Assembly: GCA_010093705.1 (NCBI GenBank)
Contig: MU006096.1
Span: 890,004-954,003, forward strand
Direction of reading: 5' to 3'
Length of the DNA: 64,000 nt
Source of the DNA: Patellaria atrata CBS 101060
Lineage: Eukaryota
In this document: positions 13,425 through 27,600 of the stretch, piece by piece
Position numbering within the stretch: the first letter of the stretch is position 1
Layout: each line of letters opens with the position of its first letter
Translations under genes and position numbers: made by a program
Notes under the pieces: model-generated
Told to the model about the DNA's origin: nothing
Seen by the model: only the letters and a program-made list of their open reading frames with translations
Databases searched by the model: none

Positions 13425-15405
13425 ATGTCTGCAGCAGCAGCTCAGAATGCTGCCGATGCTGCAGGCCATCATGAACCAAAAGCTGTTGTATCCCTTGATG
13501 AAAAGCAAGAGGACGAACATAAGGAACATTATACCGGTAGTGTTCGAACGTCCACAGTCTCCGAGGATCAAGCTGGCGACAAGCCAACAGAGGAGGATCT
13601 AGCTACGCTCTCTAGAGTCTCTGGACCTATTCCATGGACGGCGTACACAATTGCTTTCGTTGAATTATGTGAACGGTTTGGCTATTACGGCTGCGCAATC
13701 ATATGTAAGCTATCTCTTGAAACTATCAATGTTAACAACTGCTGAGAGACAACGATAGACGTCAACTTCATTCAGCATCCACTCCCAGATGGCTCAAACA
13801 CAGGAGCCGGGCATTCAGGTCAATCCGGAGCATTGGATATGGGGCAAAGAGCATCCTTCGGACTAACCACGTTCAACAGCTTCTGGGCGTATACGACCCC
13901 CTTGCTAGGTGCCTATGTAGCTGATGAATATCTTGGTCGGTACAAGACCATCTTCTGGGCTATCTTCCTCGCAATATGTGGACATATTATCCTTGTGATT
14001 TCGGCCATTCCACCTGTTATCGTTCATTCAAAAACAGCTGTTGGGATTTTCAGTGTTGGATTAATCCTGCTTGGTTTAGGAACAGGATGCTTCAAGTCGA
14101 ATATATCACCCCTTATTGCTGAGCAGTATAAGGAAACCAGATTACGCGTTTCCGTGGATCCAAAAACCGGAGAAAGAGTCATCCATGATCCGAACATTAC
14201 TCTGTCTCGGATCTTCTTGTACTTTTATCTTATGATTAACGTCGGGTCACTCACTGGGCAGATCTCTATGGTTTACGTGGAGAAGTACGTTGGGTTTTGG
14301 CTTGCCTTCATGCTTCCAACTGTTCTATTTTGTTTTTGTCCCATTGTTCTTTTCGCATGCCGGAATAAATATCATCTTACGCCTCCTACGGGATCGATCT
14401 TGGGGAAGTCCGTTAAATTGCTAGCATATGCTACCAAAGGAAGATGGTCTATGAACCCGGCAAAAACGTAAGTCTCCCTGTTATGACTGGTACAAGGCCG
14501 ATATTGTATCTAATATTCTCTTACAGGAGACGTAACATGCGTGATGAAAGTTTTTGGGAGGACATCAAGCCAAGTAAATTGGGCGCCAATAAACCAGCAT
14601 GGATGGATTTCGACGATGCCTGGGTCGACCAAGTAGCCAGAGGGTTTAAAGCCTGCACAGTCTTCGCATGGATACCGCTTTACTGTATGTTCAATCAGCT
14701 CTATCCCGAAAATAGTCATCCTAACACTTCCCAGGGCTCGCTTATAACCAAATGAACAACAACCTAACCTCGCAAGCCGCAACGATGGAACTAAACGGCG
14801 TCCCGAACGATGTAATCAACAATCTCAATCCTCTCTCTCTTATCATCTTCATCCCACTTGTCGACAACTTCCTCTACCCTGGACTCCGCAAGCTTGGCAT
14901 CAAATTCACGCCCGTCAAGCGCATCGCCTTCGGATTTATTCTTGCTTCACTTGCTATGGTCTCTGCTACCGTCGTGCAGTACTATATTTACAAGCTCGGT
15001 CCGTGCGGCAACCATGCCAACGACTGCGAGAATATTCCCGCGCCTATCAACGTCTGGGTACAGACGCTACCGTACGTGTTGATTGGCTTTTCAGAGATCT
15101 TCACCTCTATCACGGGACTGGAGTACGCGTTTACCAAAGCGCCGACGAATATGCGGTCACTGGTTACCGGGGTGTGGCATTTCCAGTCAGCCATCAGCAG
15201 TGCGCTTGGACAAGCGCTCGTTTCCCTAGCGGAAGATCCGTTACTGATTTGGAATTATGGTGTCGTAGCCGTACTGGCTTTCCTGGGAGGTGTAGGCTTC
15301 TGGTTGAGTTTGAAGAAGGTTGATGCCCGGGAGGATGAGCTGAATATGTTGCCGGATAGTACCTATATCGGGAAGGATAGGAGACATAGTTCTGCGAATG
15401 TGTAA
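13425..15405 (+). CDS. PTR2: POT/PTR family di/tripeptide transporter, 4 coding exons
   Basis: ExxERFxYYG motif (ELCERFGYYG), GAYVADEYLGRYKTI, FYLMINVGS and GLEYAFTKAP. Confidence 0.95.
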
Positions 15406-15733
15406 AATAAATCTTAAGCAGATTCTGTAGACTTCTAGTCACGACAAATAAGTAATAAATAAGGACAATATTCCGTGAATGCGACTGCATATTAGCTCGT
15501 TAGACATCCGATTATACATGTAACAAACCATAACATCGCCTTGAAAATCTGCTCCACGTGGAACCAATACAGATGAGGCCCAAACGGGGTCCTCATCAAA
15601 AGCTCCAGCATCGATAGTGCCTTAAAACGTAATGCGTTGTACATAGCTGTTCCATCAGATTTGTCGATCAATCGAAAGATGTGCTTTTGATATTCGCTAA
15701 TATTAACCATACATGTATTACAAGGCGTGACTA

Positions 15734-16530
15734 TCATACAACGCGTTTGACCTATCTCTATTAGCCTCATTTGATAGAATGCCAGATACTACAAACTCAC
15801 CTCAAAGAATCGCTTCAACCACCAAACCTGGAATATACCCTCTGCGCCCAGAACCATCAATTGAAAGATACTCCACCACTTAACTCTAGCGTTTGTGCTC
15901 TCAGCGGTATTCCTATGCGTTCTTTCACGGACAACAATGTAGGCTTGTTCGTCCTTGACCTGGGTGATAAGTTCCGACAGTTGGCGCACTATTTCAAACC
16001 TCCATTAGCAAACCGTTGTTTCGATTTGAATTGATGCTTGAGAATGTCACATACCCTCCTTCTCTAACGGATCTTGCGGCGCCTCTGACTCAGGCACATA
16101 CACGATCCCATGGACATTGAAGCTGACTTCCTTGGTGTTCGCACTCCAATGCTCATTGCTGAAGCAATACGTCCATTTTCCGTCCAGATGTGCTGTAAAG
16201 GAGTGCTCGCCAGAAGATACTGCGCGCTCGTGCACTTGGAAGGAGTTCGAGGGCGTTTGGATCTGGTCACGTTAGCATTGCTGCCATAATAAACATAATT
16301 ACCGTCACGGGGCTGTTTGGCCGAAAGAGATGGTGCGTTACCCAAAAATCGATATCCAAATTCCCACTCCCGCCAAATTCCCTGTCGCCGACCTGGAACG
16401 TGACCGTCATCTTGTCATCCGTGTGCAGGTTCTCGTGGAAGCATTCGCGCGTGTGCGCCTTCATCTGGATGTTGTGGGCCGATGATAGACCCACAAAGGC
16501 CGTAAGGACGGTTAGGCTTGAGAACAACAT
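15734..16530 (-). CDS. EMP24: p24/emp24 GOLD-domain ER-Golgi cargo receptor, 4 exons
   Basis: Signal peptide followed by AHTRECFHE, YCFSNE, RERTHRNTAESTNARVKWWS and C-terminal RFFE/VKRVV*. Confidence 0.93.
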
Positions 16531-17276
16531 GACTGCGGTGGGTGAGGAAGAGGTGTTGTTGTCGGTGTGCTGCTCTCGTATATTCTCCTTTGCGTATTCA
16601 GATGCCACATGGAATTTTGGGATGTGCACGGGCCAACGCTTCTCCTTTTTCTAGATAGGGATTGCGGAGCGGAGGTCTTCTTTCTACCACAATGGTACGC
16701 GAAGTATAAATAACTTCATCAAAGTGGTGAATGATAAAACTTCCAAATAGCTTCGTTGTAATGAGTATCAGTATGCATGATAATGGGATAGTATACTAAC
16801 TGTTACAAACTGGCTACCTGTTGTCAAAAATCCCATTAGCTCACTCAAGTAGTCTTTCATACAATTCAGATGGTAACTCTATCAACTTATCAGTTTTCCA
16901 TCTCACTTATCTCTGGTCGCGTCATTACAAACAAAAAAGTCGCATCAAATGTTCGTTTCCACATGATTCCTGTGTTATGTCACGTTCACACAAACGCTCC
17001 AACGCGCTTTCCTTTACTGGCTCCTATAAATATATTTCCTCTATGCTTATTTCTCTCTCCAGCATCTCACCTCTCTTAGATTCATTCCACGATGTATTAC
17101 ATCCAAGAAAGAGGTAAAGTGCCACTTCCATTGACAGAGTCCAACACTCCAAGAGGAAGGGCACCGTCAACCGAATCAAACCAAATCAGCTTAACCTCAC
17201 TCTTGCTCGGAAGGGGCATTCAAGACGCGGTGAAGAAGCCTAAAGGCCGGGTAAGTCTTTCAATACAATAGATGGA

Positions 17277-18564
17277 ATGTTCAGGATGCTTTCTATCCCA
17301 ATCGGTTCGCACCCGGCCCGACATCGGATTGATTGTTGTAATGGCATATCGAAGTTGCTTCCCAACAAACGTCATCATAGACATCTTATCATTAACGGCC
17401 ATTCTAAGGTCACGTGCATTGCGTATCCACGCTAATCCTAATAGAAGTACCTCGTTGTCAGACATCGAAACCCAGGTGGCCTCAAGGCACCATCCCCAGC
17501 CGCAGACGCACCCGCTCAACCTGCAGAGGCACCAGCTGCCGAACCCGCTCCGGTAGAGGAGAAGAAGTCCGACGAACCGCCGAAAGAAGAAGATAAGAAA
17601 TCTGATCCTCATTCTTTCACGGAAGAAGAAGACACCCAGCTTCGCGAACTGAAGGCATCCAACACCTCCTGGAAAGAAATCTCCAAGACGCTCGACAAAC
17701 CCATAGGAGTGCTCAAGAAGCGCTTTCACGAGCTTGAGGCGAAGAACGAAACCCAAAGCAAAGATCCTGAACCGGACCCCAAAGCCGAAGCTGCGAAAGC
17801 CAAAGCGGAAGCGAAGAAAGCGAGAGCAGAAGAAAAGAAGGCAAAGGGTCTAGCGGCAAAAGCGGCCAAGGAAGCTAAGCAAGCGGAAGAAGAAGCAAAG
17901 GAAAAGGAAAAGGAAAAGGAAAAGGAAAAGGAAAAGGAAAAGGAAAAGGAAAAGGAAAAGGAAAAGGAAAAGGAAAAGGAAAAGGAAAAGGNNNNNNNNN
18001 NNNNNNNNNNNNNNNNNNNNNNNNNNNNNNNNNNNNNNNNNNNNNNNNNNNNNNNNNNNNNNNNNNNNNNNNNNNNNNNNNNNNNNNNNNNAGGAAAAGG
18101 AAAAGGAAAAGGAAAAGGAAAAGGAAAAGGAAAAGGAAAAGGAAAAGGAAAAGGAAAAGGAAAAGGAAAAGGAAAAGGAAAAGGAAGAGGAAGCAGAAGA
18201 GATGCCTCGAACAGAGTCCATCGCCAAATGGGCCGATGAAGCAAAAGCAGCGACCGTGATGCCAGAGGCAAAGGCATCTTCGAAAGCGGGTTCCTCCAAA
18301 GCGGGATCAGCAACTATGGCCCCAACCGTCGTCACTCTCGAGGCGGATGAATATTTCAGTTTTGACGAGGTGAGTTAGCTACTCCTCAGTTGCGTATTTA
18401 GCGAACGAAGTGTTGATTTGAAGTAGCTCGTCCTCATAACAGAACTCATGCGTAAGGACTACTCGGGCCTCTGGCAGCGCGTCTCATCCATGTTCTACAA
18501 CAAGACCGGCCGTCGTATCCATCCGCTCGACATCAAGGAGAAGATCACCGGGTCGTCGGAATGA
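17277..18564 (+). CDS. Fungal protein with Myb-like helix-turn-helix segment, long (KE)n tract and C-terminal W...F.xKTGRRI motif; start uncertain; spans assembly gap
   Basis: FTEEEDTQLRELKASNTSWKEISKTLDKPIGVLKKRFHEL is Myb-like. After the gap the EK frame continues to ...ADEYFSFDE, then a GTGAGT...TAG intron, then LVLITELMRKDYSGLWQRVSSMFYNKTGRRIHPLDIKEK. Confidence 0.7.
17901..18186 (+). repeat. Coding hexanucleotide microsatellite (GAAAAG)n, about 30 visible units, interrupted by a 100-N gap (17992-18091)
   Basis: Directly visible perfect repeat on both sides of the N run. Confidence 0.97.
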
Positions 18565-18764
18565 GATTTCCTTGGACTCATTGTCAACCGGTGCTAACTT
18601 CAACTCTCTGCATGATCCGGAGTTCAACACCTATCTCACTGTCAAGTTTCGGTCCGCTCATGATATTGCGTCTTTGCAACCCCTTCGTCCCAACCTTTGA
18701 ACCCGCTTTCACGAACGCATTCGGAATAATCCTCATTGAACTTCGACAACCCCCTTCGCTCATC

Positions 18765-19162
18765 ATGTCAGCAGAATCCGTTACAGCTCAAATGGCCGTC
18801 TTCATGAACTCTTGCAACCACCCAGTCGACATAAATCGTGGCGTTAGTCGGTTTCAACCCAGATGTTTCCGTCGTGGTCGGTCTTTAAATAATTCCCTTA
18901 CTTTCCTTCTCTCTTCTTCGGTTCTCCTTCTTTCTCTTTTCCGCTCCACATGAACTCTCGCAATGAAATGCAGCTCAAGGCAATCCGAGACTGGCTCGAC
19001 AAGAATCCCATCCTCTATCTTTTTCAGCTTTCGACTTGCTCTCATGGAGATCCCGGCCGCCACAATCTTGGAAAGATGAAGGTAAAGCGAAGAGTTAGGA
19101 AAGGGGATTCGTTGGACGGTTCCCACGTCGTAGACGCATTGCTCAAGACAGCCCTGCAATGA
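18765..19162 (+). CDS. Possible small 2-exon hypothetical protein (~88 aa)
   Basis: MSAESVTAQMAVFMNSCNHPVDINRG, then a GTTAGT intron with pyrimidine tract ending ATGCAG (18843-18973), then LKAIRDWLDKNPILYLFQL...ALQ* in phase 0. The branch site is weak. Confidence 0.3.
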
Positions 19163-19283
19163 GTCCTTCGTCTCTGTTCTTCCAGGTGGACAAGCATACC
19201 GTGCTGTGAGATGTAGGACACGGGATTAGTCCTAGGAGTTCTCAGTAGTCACTAGACAGATCAAATCAAATCAGTAATCCAAT

Positions 19284-19284
<1 letters not shown>

Positions 19285-19325
<41 letters not shown>
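19285..19325. repeat. Compound microsatellite (TC)n(AC)n
   Basis: Directly visible. Confidence 0.95.
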
Positions 19326-19575
19326 AGGTGCACGTGAAAAAACCGTCCAATGCAAAGAAAATAAATATTCCCACCCGCCCCAGAGTCAAAGGTTCTAGAT
19401 CTATGTCTAGCCTAGTGAATAAACAGACCATCTAGTAATGTAGCCTCCATTTCATGTCATGTCATGCCATGATCCTATCCACCGCCAGCAAACCAACCAT
19501 TCCCCGGAACCCAGAAAAACAGGAAACCTACCGCCCGTCTGACCCTCCCTCATAGCACCCCACCAGCGGATCCCA

Positions 19576-21956
<2,381 letters not shown>

Positions 21957-22776
21957 TTTCAAGGTAAAAATTGAATAGGATTTTCTAGGGCAATAGGGAA
22001 TAGGGAATAGGGAATGTTGAGTAGTGGAGGAAGAGGTTGAATTATTTAAAGGTATCGAAATAATTTGTGCTTTATCAGTGGAAAAGGTACCGGTACCAAG
22101 AACGCTAGCACCCGGTGGCAGGCGTCATAGGTACTTTTTTTTTTTTTCGTTGTGCTGGTCGGTACACGTGAGACAAGGAATTTACAGCGAAGATTCAATC
22201 CCTTACTTATTCTCAGTTATCCTTCAGGTTATGCCATATGCCAGCCATGTTAAGGGAAGTCAAGGCAAGACTCCCTTGCTCTTGCGCCGATTCTAATGCA
22301 CGAAGAGGATTCAATCCCGAAACCGGCCATCGTTCACTGACGGTGGCGCCAGTTGTTGTTCGGAGTTCACGATCGTGATACTGACACACTTTTGACACCG
22401 CTGCTTTGCCTTGAAAGCCGTGTGATGTCCACCTCACAGTCATTCTAGGCGCCACCCCTTTGCATTGGAAATTTGCTATTAAGATAGTTCTAGAACGGAA
22501 AGAACGATCGTCGGGTGATTGCTTCCAATTTTCCACCTTTCGGCAAGTTGAGCATGTCAAACGTCATGAAAAAGTTCATTGTCACGATGCCCTAGAAATA
22601 GTGGTAAGGCGGAGAAAGGAGAAAAAGGATTTCAACTGCAAGCAAACAATAGATCGACCCTTTCTCGCCTTCCACCCCTGCTTCCCGTGCGTGATTCCCA
22701 CCCCCTTCGACTATTCAACGAATCAATCAGTTCTACCGTAAAAGGTAATAGCTACTCACGATAGTTTCGCTTGTAT

Positions 22777-22930
22777 CCTCCACTTCCTTCCCTCCACGTC
22801 CTTCCCTCCACGTCCTTCCCTCCACGTCCTTCCCTCCACGTCCTTCCCTCCACGTCCCTTCCCTCCACGTCCTTCCCTCCACGTCCCTTCCCTCCACATC
22901 CCTTCCCTCCACGTCCTTCCCTCCACTTCC
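22777..22930. repeat. Minisatellite, ~11 copies of 14-15 bp unit CCTCCACGTCC(C)TTC
   Basis: Directly visible tandem units with single-base variants. Confidence 0.95.
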
Positions 22931-24685
22931 TGCTGCCTCCACTCTTGTCCACCGCCCCTTCCCCCTCCCATATCTGACGGATGTTCTCCCGAGACCGCAC
23001 ACTTTTCCACTTCCTTAAACAAGGCATCCAGCCATCTAAGGGTCAAGGTCCTTTCAACATTCTTCAGCCACGCTAGAACCCAATTGTACCCGCGGGACAG
23101 CTACTCTTCCGCCAGATCGTTGCTTCCGTGACTTACTTTAGCTTTCTCTTATAACTAATTTGATAAGCTGAGTACCTGCTTCAGCGTAGCTGACCCCCCT
23201 TTCATGCTGATAATCGCTGACCTTACGGCTTACGCACCATGATTTTATCTGCCCCACATTCACCCCCACCAACCCACTTCGCAAAGTCTCCTAAGGGTAA
23301 GAGTATCGTACCTTAGGAACTGGATGGATGCACTCCAGATGCATTGAACGGCAAGGCAACCGTGAGGTGGCAATGGAATCGTTAAAAGGTAGCTGTCATG
23401 CTAATCACGGATTCACGGCAACAATCCTCGTTATTCAAAAGAAAATCTTTCCGTGACACCTTCGCAAAACTAAGATAAGCTAGCTCGCGAAACGTATCAA
23501 GTACAAAACCTTTATTCTGTCCTCTACGTTGTTCAATTGCTTTTGAGAAAAAGGGATTGGAACCACTGCGTCCCTTGAACGAAGTTATCCGGGAGCAATC
23601 GCCATTGCTTGGTGAAAAACAGAGATGAAGAAGGGTCAAGTGTTGAAAGATCGGACAGCTGTCTTAGAGACGACTGGAAAGACATCGTAGAACCATTGAG
23701 AGTAAATCCCCAGGGAAGAGCATTTGAGGCCTAGGTGTATTCCCAGCTCAAGAGTGTTGGAACAATATCGGACGATATCAGTCTATGTCAGCCAGAAAAA
23801 TGAGACGACCGTATATAAAAATCGAACCCGGACGTTATAACATACTGTGTCAACTCTATATAAGATCAAACTTGAAATGGTGAAGAGCGTGGAAACTCGT
23901 TACCAGTGAGCTTAAGGAGTATGCAAAAGTACGCATATACAGCAAAAGAAACCCAAAATTGAACCCCTCAACAACCCTCGGCACACAAACGGACAAAAGA
24001 ATGAATGGGATGCTGATTGATTTGGAAGTGGGAGGTCAAAGAACGGGCTGTCCTTGTCCCCCGTGAGCCGCAACGCAAGCGTGACGTTTGGGACAAAAGG
24101 AATCCTTAAGGTCGGAAAGGGAATCTGTAAACCGCGGGCTCGCTTCCCCAAGGAGTATCCCATCCGATCATCCATCCCGCTCCGCACTTCTACACCTCGC
24201 CGACAATAAACGCCACGATAAAGTTTGTCTCGAACTTTAAGCACCCACACCTTCGTCTATCGTGAACAGAAATGCTGTGTTTCGAGCGGAGAAACATGGG
24301 CACCACCTCGTGCAGATGTGGCTGCTGTCGGTGAAGGGTTTTGAGGTGCCTAGGCGTCAGGAACACGCAGGTGAGTGGGTTTCCAGATAATAAGCGAGAT
24401 ATGAAGCAGACGCAAAATAGAGAAGATATGTAAATAGAAACATCGTACTGTACTGTAGCTCCCTTGGAGGCCGTGGAAGCTTTGTACGACGACTGAAAGG
24501 TCTGGAATACGTACGAGTTATCGTGATGCGATCATTACCATGCGGACAAGAAAAAGCCCACATACACTGTCCTATCCTGTACCGTACTGCACAATATCAA
24601 CAGACTTTGATCCCAGCTACCCCGATATCAGTTTTCCACCTCAAATCATTACAACCTGTACGATTATAACGTTATGAAATCTGCC

Positions 24686-27600
24686 TCATCTAATAGTATC
24701 CTTTTTTTTTGGATTCTTATCTCTTGAAATCAACTTCCTCCACCTACTCTTCTCTTTCCTCTCCCCTTTCCCGGGCATCTCGCCTTCCCCGCTGCGCCCA
24801 TTTGCTGCGCTCGTTTCACTTCTGATACCCGTGGGTTGTCGGAAGGGTATCGGTCGGCCACTTTCATCGTACATAAGGTAACCAGCACCGGTTATTTCGT
24901 ACTCAGCGTCGTGCTCTTCCCTGGACTGGACGTCTTTCCCGCTCCGCCCGTTTGATGGCCAAGTCGGTGCGGGCGGAACCCTGTCCCTCGCAACTTGTGC
25001 GTTCCTAGCGAGTCGCGAGGCGACGGAATCGAGGTAACTTGCATCGGCCCTCGCGGAGACTTCCTCGGCGTAAGATAAGGACTTGTCGAGCGGGGGATGA
25101 CGGCTTGCATATTGATCGACAGGGCTCAGCGTCGGAACCGAAGGGGGAGCCGTAGGTATCAAGGGTTGTTCAACCAACCGATTTGTTGTGCCGTCTGAGC
25201 CGTATGTCTTCTGCGGTTGCGCATGCGCTTTATCGTTGGCGGTGACTCCGATTGCGCCTATGGACAAATCGGCACTTTGTGATTGTCGACCGTGGCCTCG
25301 CTTATTAAAGGTGTTATCTACTATACTTGCGAACTGACCGACTGAGCTCGTCGGAGGCGATACCGGAATCTTCGGGAATCCTGGACTCGGTGGTCTGGGA
25401 GCATTCTCTCCCAGGGTAATGGCTGATCGGCTCCGCTGATGGGAACTAGCTACTGTGCTTGATCCTTGAGATTGCGGTGAAGATGGAGATGGTGATTTGG
25501 ATCGAGCTCGATTCGAGTATGTCGAGTTTCTATCAACTTGATTCGGCTCAAGACTTCGAGGGCCTTTAGATGAATCGGGCTATACCAATGTAAGTTCGTC
25601 GATCTGCATTTAGGAGATTACTCTTCAACTTACAAAGTTTGCATTTTCCTGGATTTTTGCAATGTACCTCACTAGAGCGAGTTCAAGAAGGTGGGAAAGC
25701 TGTTCAACAGCCGATACCCTCGTGTAGCCGTCTGGAATTGTTTTGCAGTCGAAACACTCCCTATCAACCATTGGTTTGTTGCAAGTGTCGCATGATAAAC
25801 ATTCCGAATGAGTCGTAAGCTTGTTCTTCCGAAAACACACCCCATCGACTATTCTTTTGCAGCGAGAACAATGATCTCCTTGACTATCGGTCATATATCC
25901 CGACATCAGTCTCATTATGTCATATTCATTTAAGATGGTGCGGTTAAGCTTCAACACGTCGATGAAACTACCGACATACTGTTCAGAGAGCATTAGGTTC
26001 TTGAAGAGTAATTTGTCCAGCGAGCTTCTTAGAACGTGACCAACTTCACCTGTGAAAACCTTCAGAATCGACAAAACCCCAGAATCGATCTGGGGTTCTG
26101 GAGATCCTTGAATGGAATACCAGGGTGCCGCTTCGACCAACTTTACACTTGATTCGTAGAAAGACTTTGCGTCGCCCAACATTGAATCACCTGAAAGGAG
26201 ATTAGCATGTATACTCGTTGTACATATTAGTATTCAGATCTTACTGTTCAGCTCGCCGGTTGTACCGATAGCCTTTAGGAGTGAACTGGCCATACAGACG
26301 ATCTCACATATGGTAATAACCCATTCCCTATCCGACCTTGTAATAACGCTGCTCTTGAATAATCCTTGCAAAAAGAGCTTTTTACTGTAATTTGCGTAAC
26401 TCTCCAAATTAACGTGATATGTAGAGAGCGTAGTCCAGACCTTCACACTGATCTTCCGTACGCGTTCCATATAAGACTGAAGCGCATCAACGTCCATAGA
26501 TCGTGCTCTATCTTTCCCAGTGGTGCCCGTGATTTCTTCGACTAGCTTCACGTCCCATTTGTTGAAAATAGCATAACACTCAGGATGCCACGACTCTCCA
26601 CGTACTTCGACAAACTGCTTGAGGATAGCAGTTCCGCATCCAGGACACATGTCGACAACTTCTGATACGTAATGAAGAAAACAGTACATTTTAGAGTCAC
26701 CTTCGTAAAAGGTCTCGTCTTCACCGAAGATCCTTTGGCAATAATTGCATCTAAAATGCTCGGGGTGGAACTTTGCGCCGGCAGGGATATTAATGTAGGT
26801 CGCGCGTAATGCTTGTCCACAGTCATGACACAGAAGGTCCAAACGGCGGAAATAATCGATCTCACACAGCGGCAATTGACCTTTGGTGCCTGGGTTATTG
26901 ATAGGAATGAATTTCTCACTGAGAACTCGTTGACAGTCCTAGAACAGATAGCATGTATGAATAATTTTTGGACTTCAATTGAGTTGATGGGGATAATGAG
27001 AGTCCACTCACAGCACATGCAAAGCAGTTGAGATGATAATTCATCCCGAGAGCGAACACATAATCCTCGTCAATGTTCGAATGGCACGAGCTACATTCTG
27101 TTTTCCCCGACTGGTACAAATGGTTAGTTGCCGAACTTTTCGGGTCTAGGTTCTTTGACTTACATTATCAGCATTCGTATTCTGAATAACCACAACCTCA
27201 CTCTCCAGCAGATTGGCTATCTTCTGTTGTAAGATTTCTAGATTTCTCCCATACTGTCCGCCCTGAGGGACTTCCTTTGTAATTTTATCTAAATTTGCTT
27301 GCGTCACGTTATTTAACGTGTCAGCTGCACTATGTGCAGGAGATTGAGGGGTTTGGGGTGATAATGTTTGCTGAGAGTCTCTTGGTGAAGGATCCTGTGA
27401 AATGAGGACTTCCTTTGACTCAATCGCTTCTTGAGTCTGGATCTGTTGAAGGAGCATCAATGAAGCAGAACTTTTATGCGAAACTACATCTTCAACCGTA
27501 ACTGGCGCTTCATCATTGTCGGTGGGTTCTACTATTAGCGGTATAGAATCTGGTGCGACCAACGTATTTTCTATGTCATTTATTACCTCAACGTTGCCGA

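Noticed and set aside
17726..18335. Antisense ORFs with (FP)n/(FS)n/(FL)n and the (GK)n frame after the gap
   Set aside because: By-products of the hexamer repeat and the arbitrary 100-N gap length.
22733..23046. Overlapping ORFs with repeated peptides (GRTWRE, GGKDVE); possible CRISPR-like array
   Set aside because: Translations of a minisatellite. Units are contiguous with no unique spacers, and the host is a eukaryote.
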